Source: an uncultured delta proteobacterium
GTDB lineage: Bacteria > Desulfobacterota > Desulfomonilia > Desulfomonilales > Desulfomonilaceae
Direction of reading: 5' to 3'
Assembly: GCA_963789265.1 (NCBI GenBank)
Contig: CAWBKB010000005.1
Location: 384,001-448,000, forward strand
Length of the DNA: 64,000 bases
This document shows positions 11,279 to 22,656 of the stretch, one piece after another. The position numbers and the translations under genes were made by a program. The notes under the pieces were generated by a model, which saw only the letters and a list, made by a program, of their open reading frames with translations, was not told the DNA's origin and did no database searches. Numbering within the stretch: position 1 is the stretch's first letter; each line of letters starts with the position of its first letter.

Positions 11279-11421
11279 CCGGAATTATGCGGCGGTCTTG
11301 TCATTCTGGGGCCTGTGCCCTGGAATCCTCTCTCCGCAGTGTCCCCCTTACACCGGAAAAGACCCAGATTGGCCCCTCAAGAAACAGGAGGATGGCAAAA
11401 TCGTCGTCACGTTCCCGAAAA
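11279..11421 (-). repeat. cargo-associated ~140-bp element, copy F
   Basis: Reverse strand reads TTTTCGGGAACGTGACGACGATTTTGCC...GACAAGACCGCCGCATAATTCCGG. Confidence 0.8.
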
Positions 11422-11521
11422 CGTCTGATTTGCCACGTTTATGAGCGTACCTCACCCCAAACGACTGCGTCAAACAGTTTTCAGGTACGTACTCGTTAAG
11501 CGAATAGCCCCTTTTCCATCT

Positions 11522-12451
11522 TTATACTTTGCCATCCTGATCTCCCTCTCCCATGCGCCGGGCACTGTGAGTTTCCACTAGGAAGACCGCAAGCGTGGAG
11601 GCAGCACCAACAGCCAGTTTTGCATGTCTCGATTCGAGGCCTTTGCTTCTTGCCTCCTTTCCATGACCCGTACCATACTGGTTTCGCAACTCTGCAATCC
11701 CCTTAGTAATTGACGCAAGATTGCTCAGCAGGCGTTTGATTGTTTCCGAAGCTTTTGTTCGATCAGGAATATCTTCAGGCGTCAACTTGAGGTGTTTGGT
11801 CGTTAATTTTACCAACTGTGGCAGATCTGCGCTATCGGGTACCGGAACCTCGCACTCAGTCAATATGGTCTTGCAGCAGGACTCCACCAACTCCTTCGAG
11901 GTTCCAATGGCAAGTGCAGGATCGCTCTCCACGGCCGTTTCCATTCGAGTGATCTGCTGGGATACGTGAGCTGAGTCGGCGACTAACGCAGCCGCACTAA
12001 CTGCTGCGAGTCCCGGGGTCGTTACAACGCCTATATAGCGGCCCACGAAGACTGGCTTCCTCGAAAGCCGCATTTTTTCTATGATCTGAAAACCATCGCT
12101 CTTGAGGTGACCGTTGTACATCTGAACAAGCCTTTCCGCCTCTTCAACGTCCGGCCTCACGATCGGATGGACGGTTTCGCAAAGAAACCGTAGAACGGTC
12201 TCATCTTCGCAGCCCAGCAGATTGAACCGGCCATCGTAAAAAATCCAATCACTCTGCCAGTCATCGTTGTTGATCGTGTGTTGGACAATGTCTCCGTAAG
12301 CATTGTGGAACCGGTGATCACGGGAAGGAAGACTTTTCAGATCAAAAAGCCGCGACAAGAATTCAAGACCCTCAAGCCGACCGGCCCAGTGGCTTCCACT
12401 CAGAGACAGTGCGTCAAAGATGTCACGTCTGGTAACCTCACTGATCTTCAT
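11522..12451 (-). CDS. abortive-infection protein (AbiJ N-terminal domain plus Abi_C/HEPN-like)
   Basis: SEVTRRDIFD...DIVQHTINNDDW N-terminus; AIGTSKELVES...LRNQYGTGHG C-terminus. Confidence 0.85.
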   Translation of the reverse strand: MKISEVTRRDIFDALSLSGSHWAGRLEGLEFLSRLFDLKSLPSRDHRFHNAYGDIVQHTINNDDWQSDWIFYDGRFNLLGCEDETVLRFLCETVHPIVRPDVEEAERLVQMYNGHLKSDGFQIIEKMRLSRKPVFVGRYIGVVTTPGLAAVSAAALVADSAHVSQQITRMETAVESDPALAIGTSKELVESCCKTILTECEVPVPDSADLPQLVKLTTKHLKLTPEDIPDRTKASETIKRLLSNLASITKGIAELRNQYGTGHGKEARSKGLESRHAKLAVGAASTLAVFLVETHSARRMGEGDQDGKV

Positions 12452-12769
12452 TTTTTCACTCGCATGCGAGAGAGAGGCGTTGCCGTTTCCATGGACCAGA
12501 AGCCTTGCCTAATGCTGTCGGCGGTTATATCCCAGACCTTGAGGCGGCGCAAGCCACACTTTGGCCGCGGTATCTGGTCGCTCCGTGTCCAAGAATGCGA
12601 AAACTACAATGCGGACCAGGTGAGCGGCTGTCCGCGTGGATAATTCCTAACAAATATGATAGCGTAGGGTCCATGCCTGATACCACTGGGTGACTGCAGG
12701 CCTTGGCCTGTCATGTGAGCAAGTCTAGAACATGTTGGTCAGAAATTGGGGCTTGAGGAGCTTAGTACG

Positions 12770-13795
12770 ATGCGAGTTAGATTTTCTGTTGGAGAATTGG
12801 CCAACATCTTGAGCGAAACCGTGGGGTTCAAATCTGGATTGGCGCTGACTAGATCCGCATTGTTTGAATTAGTCGCAGGCGAGTCGGCTTACGCCAATCA
12901 GCTTGATTTGCCTGCTTACGAAACGATTGTCATGCGAGGAGAGGAATTTGACGAAATATATTACTTGGTTCTCTACAAATTAGGGGTAACAGATTCACCG
13001 ACCCCGACATCTCCCTTGGATTTCAATCTCTTTACGAGGTACAAAGATAAACCAAAGGAACTGGAAACGTTTTTGGGGGTGCAACGAATTTATGCAGAGG
13101 TCGCACGCGAGGAAATACATAAAGTCGAACTGACAGGAGAGGGGTCACTAGATCCAACAGAGTTCATTAAACGCTCTGCAAATAAGTTCGGGTCCCTGGG
13201 ACTTGAAATGGCCATGGAAACTATTCAAGGAGTGAACCACCATCTCAATCTTCATCCATTTTCGTCATTGCGCCGGGTCGAATGGAAAGAAATCCGAGAC
13301 TTGGAAGATCTATTCCTGAGCGAGAATATTCGTGCCGAACAGGGCAAATTTTTTGATCAGAGATTCATTGATTTTCTCAACCGAAATTTCGAGCAAATCG
13401 ACAATATCAATTGGCGCCAGTTTGAGGCATTGACGGCTGAATTCTTTGACCGGCTCGGCTATGATGTTGAGTTAGGCCCCGGACGGGACGATGAAGGAAT
13501 TGACGCTAGGGTTTGGGACAAGGGAATCAGCACTGGCGGGCCACCGCTTATAGTCATCCAATGCAAGAGACAAAAAGCCAAGGTTGAAAAGGTTGTAGTG
13601 AAGGCGCTTTGGGCAGACCTTAGTGCTGAACAAGCGAACTCAGGACTTATCGTTACAACGTCAGCACTTTCACCAGGCAGCGTAAAAACATGTCGAGCTA
13701 GAGGATACCCGATTGAGCAAGCAAATCGAAATAATTTAAGGAAATGGCTAGACCAATTGAGGACCCCTTGGTTTGGTGCCTTCATGGACGAGTGA
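12770..13795 (+). CDS. Mrr-type restriction endonuclease domain protein
   Basis: WRQFEAL...DEGID...IQCKR...LIVTTS; GAGGAG RBS. Confidence 0.85.
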   Translation: MRVRFSVGELANILSETVGFKSGLALTRSALFELVAGESAYANQLDLPAYETIVMRGEEFDEIYYLVLYKLGVTDSPTPTSPLDFNLFTRYKDKPKELETFLGVQRIYAEVAREEIHKVELTGEGSLDPTEFIKRSANKFGSLGLEMAMETIQGVNHHLNLHPFSSLRRVEWKEIRDLEDLFLSENIRAEQGKFFDQRFIDFLNRNFEQIDNINWRQFEALTAEFFDRLGYDVELGPGRDDEGIDARVWDKGISTGGPPLIVIQCKRQKAKVEKVVVKALWADLSAEQANSGLIVTTSALSPGSVKTCRARGYPIEQANRNNLRKWLDQLRTPWFGAFMDE

Positions 13796-14480
13796 AGATA
13801 TATCGACTCGAATCAGGAAACGTCTCATGCAAGGCCCGTCCTCGTACCGTGTCAGAAGGGCTCGGTATGTTTGCGAGGTAGTCATGGCCGGGTACCGAGG
13901 ACAATCCTGCATTAGGAGGTCATACGCCAGGTCCTACACCTGTGATTGAAATCCCTAAAGTTCCCCCAACTCGCTCATGGTTCGGACTTGTTACCAAGAG
14001 AATCTCGCGGACTATTCAAGGAATTGATGACAGATTCTGCTCGCCGGTTCCTTGTGCTATATGAAAAGCCGAGGCAGCCGAGGTAGCCAAATTGGAAAGG
14101 ATTGACCAAATCGCTGAACAAGCCGGCCTTGTGACTGCATGGCATTACGGGCAGCAATTCCGAATATTTGTTCCTGCCCAAGAGCCTGCGCCGTCCACCT
14201 GGGAACCTCACGTGTGGGAATTTGACGAGAAAAGATCTACGGCAGTTCTGTGACACATTCAGTAACCAACCTCCGAAAGCTAGCTCAACGCATTTTTCCT
14301 CCAAATCTTCGAAAAACGGCCATGCTAAGACATACCCCAATCCGTAACGTCGCTCAGAATCCATTCTAGATCCCTTATGGGACGAATCTCGCGGCCGATT
14401 ACGCCCACAGAAAACACGGTTCCTCAGCATGCCTTGCTTGTGCTAAAGTGAGCGACAACTATTCAAGTGTCGGGCGCCGC

Positions 14481-15537
14481 AATGAACTCAGAGGAAGATC
14501 CCAAAGACACGGACGATCAAAGAGACGACTTGCTCAAGCAGTGGCACGAGTATGGGAAGAACTTTTCCGCCTTCGTGCCCGAGGAACAGCCTTTTCCCGA
14601 GATCTGGGAACCTGAAATTCCCGAGGCTGATGACAAGGGCCGCCTTCATATCCAGGCGCTAAAGCACTGGCAGCACCTGTTCCCCACTAGGGATTTCCTA
14701 CGCGACAGATATGAGCAATACCATATCTTGGAAGGCCCTTCTCTCCAGTTTGATTGTCTGGTTCCTAAATTTCAAAACCGCATGTATTACCGGGTCGTGG
14801 AAGATGAGTACGGCAATCCCTTGCATATTCCTGTCAAAGATACCCCTGAATGGTATCACTCCGCCCTGCGGATTGGAATATTTCAATGGCAGGTCGGGTT
14901 TTCGTGCCGCTCCGTGTTGTGCCAACGCAAATGGTGCAAACTCAATTTGGATAACCCGCAACGGATGAGCCCGATAGATATATACAGTCTGATTGATCTC
15001 TTCGAGGCTCGCGGGCCGGGCCAAGCCATGTCCATAGTGTCAAAATGGTTTGGCGTGAAGCTCAAGCGTCCTGGATCCAAAGGAACTGCTCAGGTCCAGG
15101 GTTATAGGCACTCGGTGTCAAAGCAGGCAGTATATGACCTATTTTCCCGATACGCCAGCATGAGACACTAACATGTTGAGGGTTTCATCAAGGAGGCGGT
15201 GGACCTGATAAAGGGTTCCCAGTTGGTACCCTGGCACGGGCGACTCTTTAATGCTGAATATGCTTTCTTAAGCAAAAAAGTAGTCAGCAACCTCTACCGT
15301 ATCAAGAGTCCCGCGGCCAAGGCTTATCTTTGGTTGCTCATACAGCAGGAGGAGACATCCCGAAACACCAGGGTCAAATTCAGTGCTACGGATGCGCAGT
15401 TGGCACAAGGGCTGGGAGTAAGCAAGACCACGGCGACAAAATACCGGGAGCAATTGCAAGGGTTGGGGCTGTTGAAGGCCCAAGCGGAAAGGGTCGGCAA
15501 AGTAGTTGAGATCAGGATCAAAAGTGCGAAATACTAG
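14481..15537 (+). CDS. primase-type Zn-finger-like plus C-terminal wHTH protein, with in-frame TAA at 15169-15171
   Basis: DCLVP...FSCRSVLC...PIDIYSLIDL...AMSIVSKWFG resembles a DnaG Zn-binding domain; TDAQLAQGLGVSKTTATKYREQLQGLGLL is a wHTH; both ORFs share a frame. Confidence 0.55.
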
Positions 15538-15756
15538 GCCCCTACTTCAACTTGGCGGTGTCGAGGTCTTTTTGTAGGCGGGTACTACAAAATCCCTCTT
15601 CACATACCAATTATTAGTTATGCTAGATATCTTCATAGCTGATAGCCTTCGCTCTGTGGTGCCCTTAGTCCCTCCCGCCTCAGTTGCCCTGGTGATACCT
15701 CACCCTCTCTGAAAGACTATATATATGACTTAGCTTATCAATACGAGTATTTCTGA

Positions 15757-17427
15757 ATGAATGTCCCAGAGCTTAAATCCTTACTTACGCATAACAAAGA
15801 GCCTATAGCCGTAACAGCTCCTTTGATCTTACAAAATACTGCACTTATTGGCTTATACACTTCAGTTGGAGACTCTTACTGTGCAGAACTGCCTACCAGT
15901 GAGCTGAAACAAATAGGAGAATTACTGTACCAGCCTAAACGCTTTCCGATCACAGTCCACGGCTTAAAACGTATTTGGGAGTTCCTTGACCTTAACACCG
16001 ACGAGCTGGATCTCAAGCTCATTACTGATACTAAGCTCCTAGCGTACCTGCTCGATCCTGACGCCGGCGAGACTAACGGATTGACGCTTACGCATTTGGC
16101 TTATCAGTATTTGGGAGAGGAATACCCGCATATTGCCAGTGAAGTACAGGATAAGGGCGTGCTCAAAGCTTTAAGAAAGAGCCTGATGCGGGATGCCCAA
16201 GCAATCTGGTCCCTTGGTAAAGAGCTGCCACAACATATGTCCAAGGATCTGCTCAGGGTGTATCACCACCTGGAGCTGCCTTTAGTGGTCGGTACTGGAC
16301 CGTATGCGGAGAGTCGGAATAGGAGTTGATGGCGCTGCGGCTGTACAAAGTCAGAAGCCGCATTGTTAAAGAAATTGCCGAACTGGAACAGCGGATTACT
16401 GGCGGCGAGAAGCCTAACCTTATGTCTCCTTCTGAGGTATTCCAGTTGTTAATGAGACGCGGGGTCCGCTTTAAGAGTGAGTTCGTGTACGCTGTGCATA
16501 AGGTAATGACGCCTGCACTGGAGGAAATTAGCCACGTCTATCCTGTTGTTCAGGACTTACTCAATTGGCGAAGCAGAGTTACGGATTTGGCTTTTCTCCA
16601 CAAAGCTGCCGGTCAGATTCGGGTCCATCCTATTTGGCAGCAAACTCGTGCCGGGACTTCCCGCATTTATGCCCGTGATCCTGCAGGTACAGAATGTGAG
16701 TCGAGCTCTTCGTGAAAACATATTAGTTCCGGCTCCGGGAAAGGTACTCGTGAAAGCGGACTACTCACAGGCACAGCTACGGATTCTGGCGCACCTGTCC
16801 GGAGATCCTGCTCTGATTGATCTGTACCAACGAGGAGGAGATGCCCATGCTGAGACGGCTAAAATCCTGGACATTGACCGTGATGCTGCTAAAGAGGTGA
16901 ATTTCGGTATCTGTTTCGGCATCTCACCGGCAGGCTTGTGCGGCAAGGTCAATGCCGTCATAGCCAAAAAGAATCGTTCATTGGCCGTGGGAGAGCAAAC
17001 GCCATTGATCGACGAAGGGACAGCTCAAGCTTACATTGACGGCTTTCATTCACGGTATAGCGGTGTGCAGGACTTTTTCGAGAAGGAATGGAGGAAACTG
17101 AAAGCCCTTCCCATGGAGCGTCGTTCGGTGAAAAGTCTCCTGGGCAGAATCAGGCGATTTGATACCCGAGCGAATCCGGCTACCCAGCGGAGCTTTAGAG
17201 TGACTTGGCCGCAGCAAATAGAAGCTGATCTGATAAAGACGGCCATGGTACGCCTTGATTGTATTTTTACGAAGCGCAAGACGGGAGCACGAATTGTGAT
17301 GATGATCCATGATGCCTTGTGGGTCGAGGCACCGCACGCAGAAGCTGAACAGGTGAGGCACCTGCTAAGAAAAATGATGACCGCGATAGGCAAACTCAAG
17401 GTTCCTCTGGAAGTGGACCTCAAGTAA
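15757..17427 (+). CDS. compact family-A DNA polymerase (~555 aa after correcting three +1 frameshifts)
   Basis: DTKLLAYLLDP, ELPL, ADYSQAQLRILAHLSGD, AKEVNFG, QQIEADLIKTAM, IHDAL; shifts near 16291, 16347 and 16686. Confidence 0.9.
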
Positions 17428-17624
17428 CCACCTTCAAGCCTCTGTCGATATCCCGCTTAGGGTGCCTTTTTGAGATAATTCGCTTTGTTTGATCTTCACC
17501 CGCTCTTGCCATTGATCTTCCAGTACCGAAGCTGATTTGTAATTTTTCCACCGATACAGAATAGGTGCGTCTCTCGATGGTGAACCGAAAGGGTACGGCG
17601 AAGATCTTCCTATGACGCGCGTTT

Positions 17625-17997
17625 CTCGCGCAACCAGAACGCCGTAGACGCGCGGAGGCAATTTACGGATACTCTGCCATACCCCGAATTAGAAAATCGC
17701 GCATTTCGCGGCTCAGGTGGCCTATAAGCGATGTCTTCTTTTGCTGGTTATCGAGGCTGTTCAGCAAGGGTCTAGCGAACCCGGCTTACCGTGCACCCAG
17801 AAAAATTAGATTGACCGTGGCCTGAGCAGTAAGGTACTTTCAAGAACCGATATAAGAGCCCTTTTCAGCAACATGACGGTTTTGCCTCGGTTGGGTTTTG
17901 TGGAAGGAGATAAGGGGCCTTCTCGGGACCCAGGGAGCCCCTGGCCCCTCATTGGCACCAAGACGCCCGAAATGGCAAGACCGCCGCATAATTCAGG
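17625..17997 (+). repeat. non-coding segment homologous to 33415-33758, ending in element copy A (17861-17997)
   Basis: Shared blocks GTAGACGCGCGGA, CATACCCCGAAT, GTTATCGAGGCTGTTCAGCAA, TTGACCGTGGCCTGAGCAGTA, GCCGCATAATT. Confidence 0.9.
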
Positions 17998-18316
17998 ACT
18001 TCCCTGATAAAAGACTTTGAAATGGGATACTGATAAGGTTCGGCGGAGGCGGTCATGAGTAAGCCCTCTCAGACTTCCGGTGATCAGTGCTGGGCTATTG
18101 TGTGCAAATTTGGGATGGAGAGATTCGAGCCATTCTCGAAATTTACCCGACTGGCGGCTGGCTATCACCCCACGGAATCTGACTGTAGGCAAATATACAG
18201 GGAAATGGAAGTCCAAATTAATGAGCAAGACAATGAAGGATACCAAGAAAACAGTTCACCAGGTACGATCTGTGCCAAGTCCCCGGACTTGCACAGTGAG
18301 CGAGGCAAAGGATCAA

Positions 18317-19078
18317 ATGAACGGTTCAAATCTGGTAGAGGTGTACGACTCCCAGAGCGATAGGTACCGGCACGCCTTCCAGGTTTTTCTCGACCACACC
18401 GATCAGAAAGCCCGAGCTAAAGTTTGGCTGGATAGCTTGGTGCAGACCCTGCCGACCAAGGGTGTCTTCATCGATGTCGGCGCTGGTAACTTCGAAATCA
18501 CCGCCTGGTTCATCGACAGGTTCCAGCACACAATCGGAATTGAGCCGAACGCTTTCTTGTGCGACGAATTCCTCCGAAGGTGTCCGACAGCCGAAGTGAT
18601 CCCTCAAACTATTCTCGAGGCCCGGCCCGAAGTCCTGGGCGACCTAGTTCTTTGCTCCCATGTATTCTATTATATTCATCGATCAGAGTGGGTGCGGCAT
18701 TTACAAAAGCTGGTATCGTGGTTGTCTCCTGTCGGAGTCCTCGTGGTCGTACTGCAGAACCATCAGACGGACTGCATGGAGATGCTGGATCATTTTTTCG
18801 GTGAGCGATTCGACTTGCTTGCATTGGCCAAGGAATTTCAAGCCACGACGGGAGGCCGCTATCAAGTTAACATCGAGACTGTCCCGGCGTACGTGACCAG
18901 CGAGGACTTTGAAGCGGCATATATGATAGCTGAGTTCATTCTTAACGACCTACCAATACGCCATGCACCCTCCCGCACTGCTCTCGATGAATATGTGCGA
19001 GAGCACTTTGCTGAGCCCAATGGCGGATTTCGTTTTTCTTGCCATCAGGATTTCTTGCAGATTAGGCCCAGTGCGTGA
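18317..19078 (+). CDS. class I SAM-dependent methyltransferase
   Basis: FIDVGAG, GIEPN, DLVLCSHVFYY. Confidence 0.85.
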   Translation: MNGSNLVEVYDSQSDRYRHAFQVFLDHTDQKARAKVWLDSLVQTLPTKGVFIDVGAGNFEITAWFIDRFQHTIGIEPNAFLCDEFLRRCPTAEVIPQTILEARPEVLGDLVLCSHVFYYIHRSEWVRHLQKLVSWLSPVGVLVVVLQNHQTDCMEMLDHFFGERFDLLALAKEFQATTGGRYQVNIETVPAYVTSEDFEAAYMIAEFILNDLPIRHAPSRTALDEYVREHFAEPNGGFRFSCHQDFLQIRPSA

Positions 19079-19320
19079 GTCGATACGTGAAATGTGTCGC
19101 CGGCTGGCTTCTTTTCACTTCTTGAATTGGGGCCGCGGGGCAGACAGGGAGATGACGGACACCCAAAGGGATGGTATGCTGGAAAACGGCCTGAAATGAG
19201 GTATCTTATGCACTGATGAACCAACCCGTCTACGTTGAGCTGATTGCAAGAACTAGAAAGGCCTTCTGAGTCGGATTCCGGTCTAATTTCCGGGTCCGTA
19301 CAAAAGCAGGAAGAATGTAG

Positions 19321-19465
19321 CTTTTTCAGCAACGTGACGGCGGTCTTGCCTCTATCGGGTCTTGTGGGAGGAGATACGGGGCCTTTTCGAGGTTACGGGA
19401 TCAATCCCTTGATCGGTCATCTGCCCCATGACACCCAAAATAGCTGGACCCCCGCATAATTCCGG
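19321..19465 (+). repeat. cargo-associated element, copy B
   Basis: CTTTTTCAGCAACGTGACGGCGGTCTTGCC...CCGCATAATTCCGG. Confidence 0.85.
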
Positions 19466-19497
19466 TCAAGACGATATCGGATTCAAGGAGGAAATCT

Positions 19498-20055
19498 ATG
19501 AAACTGAGTTCCGCATGGTGTGGGTTAATAATATGCGGCCTTCTGGCAATTGTGCCTGCCAAAAGTGCGGCTCAGGCGCAAGGCCTACCGCTACCCCAAC
19601 CTGAGTCTATAACGGTTGATCGGTCGCTTTCTGAGGCAGATGCTGCGCAAATGATTAAAACGGCACGTTTGTTCTATGCGTTCTGGGATACAGGAAACGC
19701 GGAGTACGTCGCCGCCGCGGTGGACAGCGATTTCCGTGACAATACGCTGCCGGAAGGACGACCTCAAGGCCCCAAAGGCTTGCTTGACGCTTCGCAGACT
19801 TTTCGACGTGCCGTACCCGACCTCCATTGCAAGATCGAAGACCTGCTGGTAAGCGGCGATAAAGTCACCGCGCGGCTGACATTTACAGGCACTAACAAAG
19901 GTGAGTTCATGGGCCACTCTGCGACCGGCAAGCCTGTGAGGTTCTTTGCAATCAACATACTGCGTATTCGAAGAGGAACCATTGTTGAGGAATGGCATCT
20001 CGAAGACGACCTGACCTTGTTGGAACAACTAGGTGTCGTTTCCTTGAAGAAGTAG
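19498..20055 (+). CDS. SnoaL-like ester cyclase with signal peptide
   Basis: AVPDLHCKIEDLLVSGDKV...FTGT..GEFMG...LLEQLG. Confidence 0.85.
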   Translation: MKLSSAWCGLIICGLLAIVPAKSAAQAQGLPLPQPESITVDRSLSEADAAQMIKTARLFYAFWDTGNAEYVAAAVDSDFRDNTLPEGRPQGPKGLLDASQTFRRAVPDLHCKIEDLLVSGDKVTARLTFTGTNKGEFMGHSATGKPVRFFAINILRIRRGTIVEEWHLEDDLTLLEQLGVVSLKK

Positions 20056-21688
20056 GAGGAGCCGGTCACGGATCGCCGCGCATTCTTGCAGACGAGCATC
20101 TTAACCGCGGCGGCGGATGTCGTAATCATCGCCGCCAGAACTTCCCGGCCAAGACGAATTCGAAATGATCTCTTTTTATATAGTACACAAATTCATCTTT
20201 ACCTTGTTCACACGTAATTACAATATGCTGCAATTTAAGGGGGCTCGTTTTTCGCCTATATTATATTTTAAACTGGGGAGAATTATAATTAAAATCACGT
20301 TGACAAAAATAAACTAATAAGGGCGGAGTTATTTTTATAGGGTGCTTGGGGCGGCCAAGGAGAAGAATTCGCAAAATGATGACGGCGGTCTTCACGGCTT
20401 CATAATTTCCGCATCTGAAGCTGCTATTTTGAATGTCACTGTTCATGTACCGATTCCATTTGCCATCTCCGCCCGAATACCCGGGTATCATTCGCGTCTG
20501 GCTCGTACACCGCATGAAATCCCTCGGCATCCGCAAGTGATTACCACCTATTGACCAGGCAGAGATCCGTGGAAATCGCATACGATAAGAGCATATTATT
20601 TCTGTGGTTTTTTTGTTAATGGCATCCGGTATGGGATTTTCACACGGTTTTCCAGTCATTGCACCTCTCCTCGTTTCCTCGTCCGCAATCCACGCACCTC
20701 CTCAATCCATTGATTTAGCTGAGCAATGATAGCCACACATTGGAACATGTTCTTTTGGCACGTCTCATGCATAGAGGCGGAACAGCGAAGTTTGACATCG
20801 AAGTTATTACAGATTGGAGAACAAGCCGCTCCTTGCACTGGATGCGACTACGGTTGGATAGGGGCTACGAGCCATGATGATGGCGGAAAGGGATGAGAGG
20901 AGGTAGGTCTCTTTTCATCCCGCGTCCGAAACTCTCACTCAACAGAAACGTATGTCGTCTTTGTTTGACAATGACTAAACCCACAGCAACCCTTTATAGC
21001 AAGTGTCTATAATTCGGTCCTCTACGTTATCCTCGGAGAATTACTGCCTTTTGAGGATTCTGCCGGGCACAAAAACATGACTTTGCGGGTGGACTTTCTT
21101 GTCTTGCAGTACCTTTAGCCAACATAAGGACCGATTTGTCAATCCACGGTTGACATTAGAGGGAGGCAAGGAACCTCCAGAAACAATTCAGTTAAGAGGG
21201 GGCGGAACGATTCCGGTCTGGTATACCCCGGTTCATCACGCGGGAGCCAAACGACCGGGGGCGTGCCCTATGTAACGTTGTGCACTCGGGTTGGGTCGTG
21301 GAATCACTAGTCAAACTGATCACAGCAGCCTGCCAGTTCCTGGATGCCGACTTTGATTTGGATCTATTCTGGGAATGGCAGCAAACCTTTACAGTCAGTC
21401 TCGTTTGCCTGCTGGCTCTAGCCCATTCCTATGCTTCCGGCTACGGTCCCCGGGCTCATCTCGGTAACCTCTGTTTGCCCTACCTTGAACGGCTCCCTTT
21501 CCCATCATACAAGCCCCTTGACGATGCCGTTTGCTTTCGATCCTACTCTTTGAAGATCCTCACCATAGGCAAGCGATCAATTGCCCCTGCCAGCCTGGCC
21601 TTCTGTATGAACTGCTGAGAATTTCCGCGCATTGCTTAGGAATTTCCCCTTGTTAAACCTCAATCACATTTGAAAGGAGAAAGAAACT

Positions 21689-22015
21689 ATGCCTCTGTAC
21701 ATGACACAATTTTCTTACACTAATGAAGGTTGGGCCGCCCAAGTAAAGAATCCGGCCGACCGGAGCGCCGTCCTTAAAGCTCTAATCGAGAAGTTTGGAG
21801 GTCGTATGATCGCTATGTACTATTGCCTAGGCGAATACGATGGAGTGGCTATTTCCGAGCTCCCTGACCATGCGGACGCGATGGCTATGCTCCTCACTGT
21901 TATTGCCGCTGGTCACCTCAAAGAGATCAAGACGACCGTGCTCTATGACGTGAAGCAGGGCATGGAAGCTATGGCGAAGGCAGGCAAGATGACGTATCAA
22001 GCGCCGTCCAAATGA
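21689..22015 (+). CDS. GYD-domain protein
   Basis: YYCLGEYDG motif; 108 aa; RBS present. Confidence 0.85.
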   Translation: MPLYMTQFSYTNEGWAAQVKNPADRSAVLKALIEKFGGRMIAMYYCLGEYDGVAISELPDHADAMAMLLTVIAAGHLKEIKTTVLYDVKQGMEAMAKAGKMTYQAPSK

Positions 22016-22099
22016 AATTCATTTTCGCAGAATATTTCTTCGGCAGACCGATATTACGCGACAATTCATACCAGCTATGCGACTAAAGGAGGGCAAACC

Positions 22100-22393
22100 A
22101 TGTACGCAAGGGTAGTCACAGTTCAGATTCAGCCCGGCAGGATAGGTGAAGCGATTGACATCTATGGGGATTCCATCGTGCCTGCGGCCAAGCAGCAAAA
22201 GGGATTCGAAAGCGCTTCTCTGCTGGCAGACTGGAACACAGGAAAAGGCATATCGGTCACAGTGTGGGAGACGGAAACCGACATGACTGCTGGGGAGGCC
22301 AGCGGTTACCTTCGGGAGGCGCTTGGCAGGACCACCCCCACCTTGGCGGCACCGCCCGTCACGGAGCACTACGAGGTGAGTGTCCAAGGATAG
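22100..22393 (+). CDS. antibiotic-biosynthesis-monooxygenase-like dimeric barrel protein
   Basis: MYARV...QQKGF...SVTVWET...EHYEV. Confidence 0.75.
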   Translation: MYARVVTVQIQPGRIGEAIDIYGDSIVPAAKQQKGFESASLLADWNTGKGISVTVWETETDMTAGEASGYLREALGRTTPTLAAPPVTEHYEVSVQG

Positions 22394-22476
22394 CTGCACG
22401 CGGGAGGCTCGCCCTACAAACGCTGACGCCTCCCCGCGAGACAAGTTAAGACCTTAGTTTAAAAGGAGAATACAGG

Positions 22477-22620
22477 CTTTTTCATCAAGCTGACGACGGT
22501 TTTGTATTTGTCAGGTCTGGTGGGAGGAGATACGGGGTCTTTTCGAGGTCAGAGAAACCATCACTCACCCTTTACTGGCAATAATACGCACAACATAGCA
22601 ATAACGCCGCATAATTATGG
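22477..22620 (+). repeat. cargo-associated element, copy C
   Basis: CTTTTTCATCAAGCTGACGACGGTTTTG...GTGGGAGGAGATACGGGG...CGCCGCATAATTATGG. Confidence 0.85.
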
Positions 22621-22656
22621 GTACAGAAACAGGTATCCAGGAAAAGAGAAGTTGCA

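Noticed and set aside
17974..17990. TGGCAAG-N4-CCGCA in the dispersed element as a sigma54 promoter
   Set aside because: The spacing fits, but the invariant GG is present in only 3 of 6 copies and the TT before GC is absent.
17981..18010. GCCGCATAA as the XerC arm of a dif/pdif site
   Set aside because: No XerD arm (TTATGTTAAAT) follows in any copy.
20372..20412. GACGGCGGTCTT...CATAATTTCCG as a seventh, collapsed copy of the element
   Set aside because: Too short to support by eye, and no clear downstream gene.
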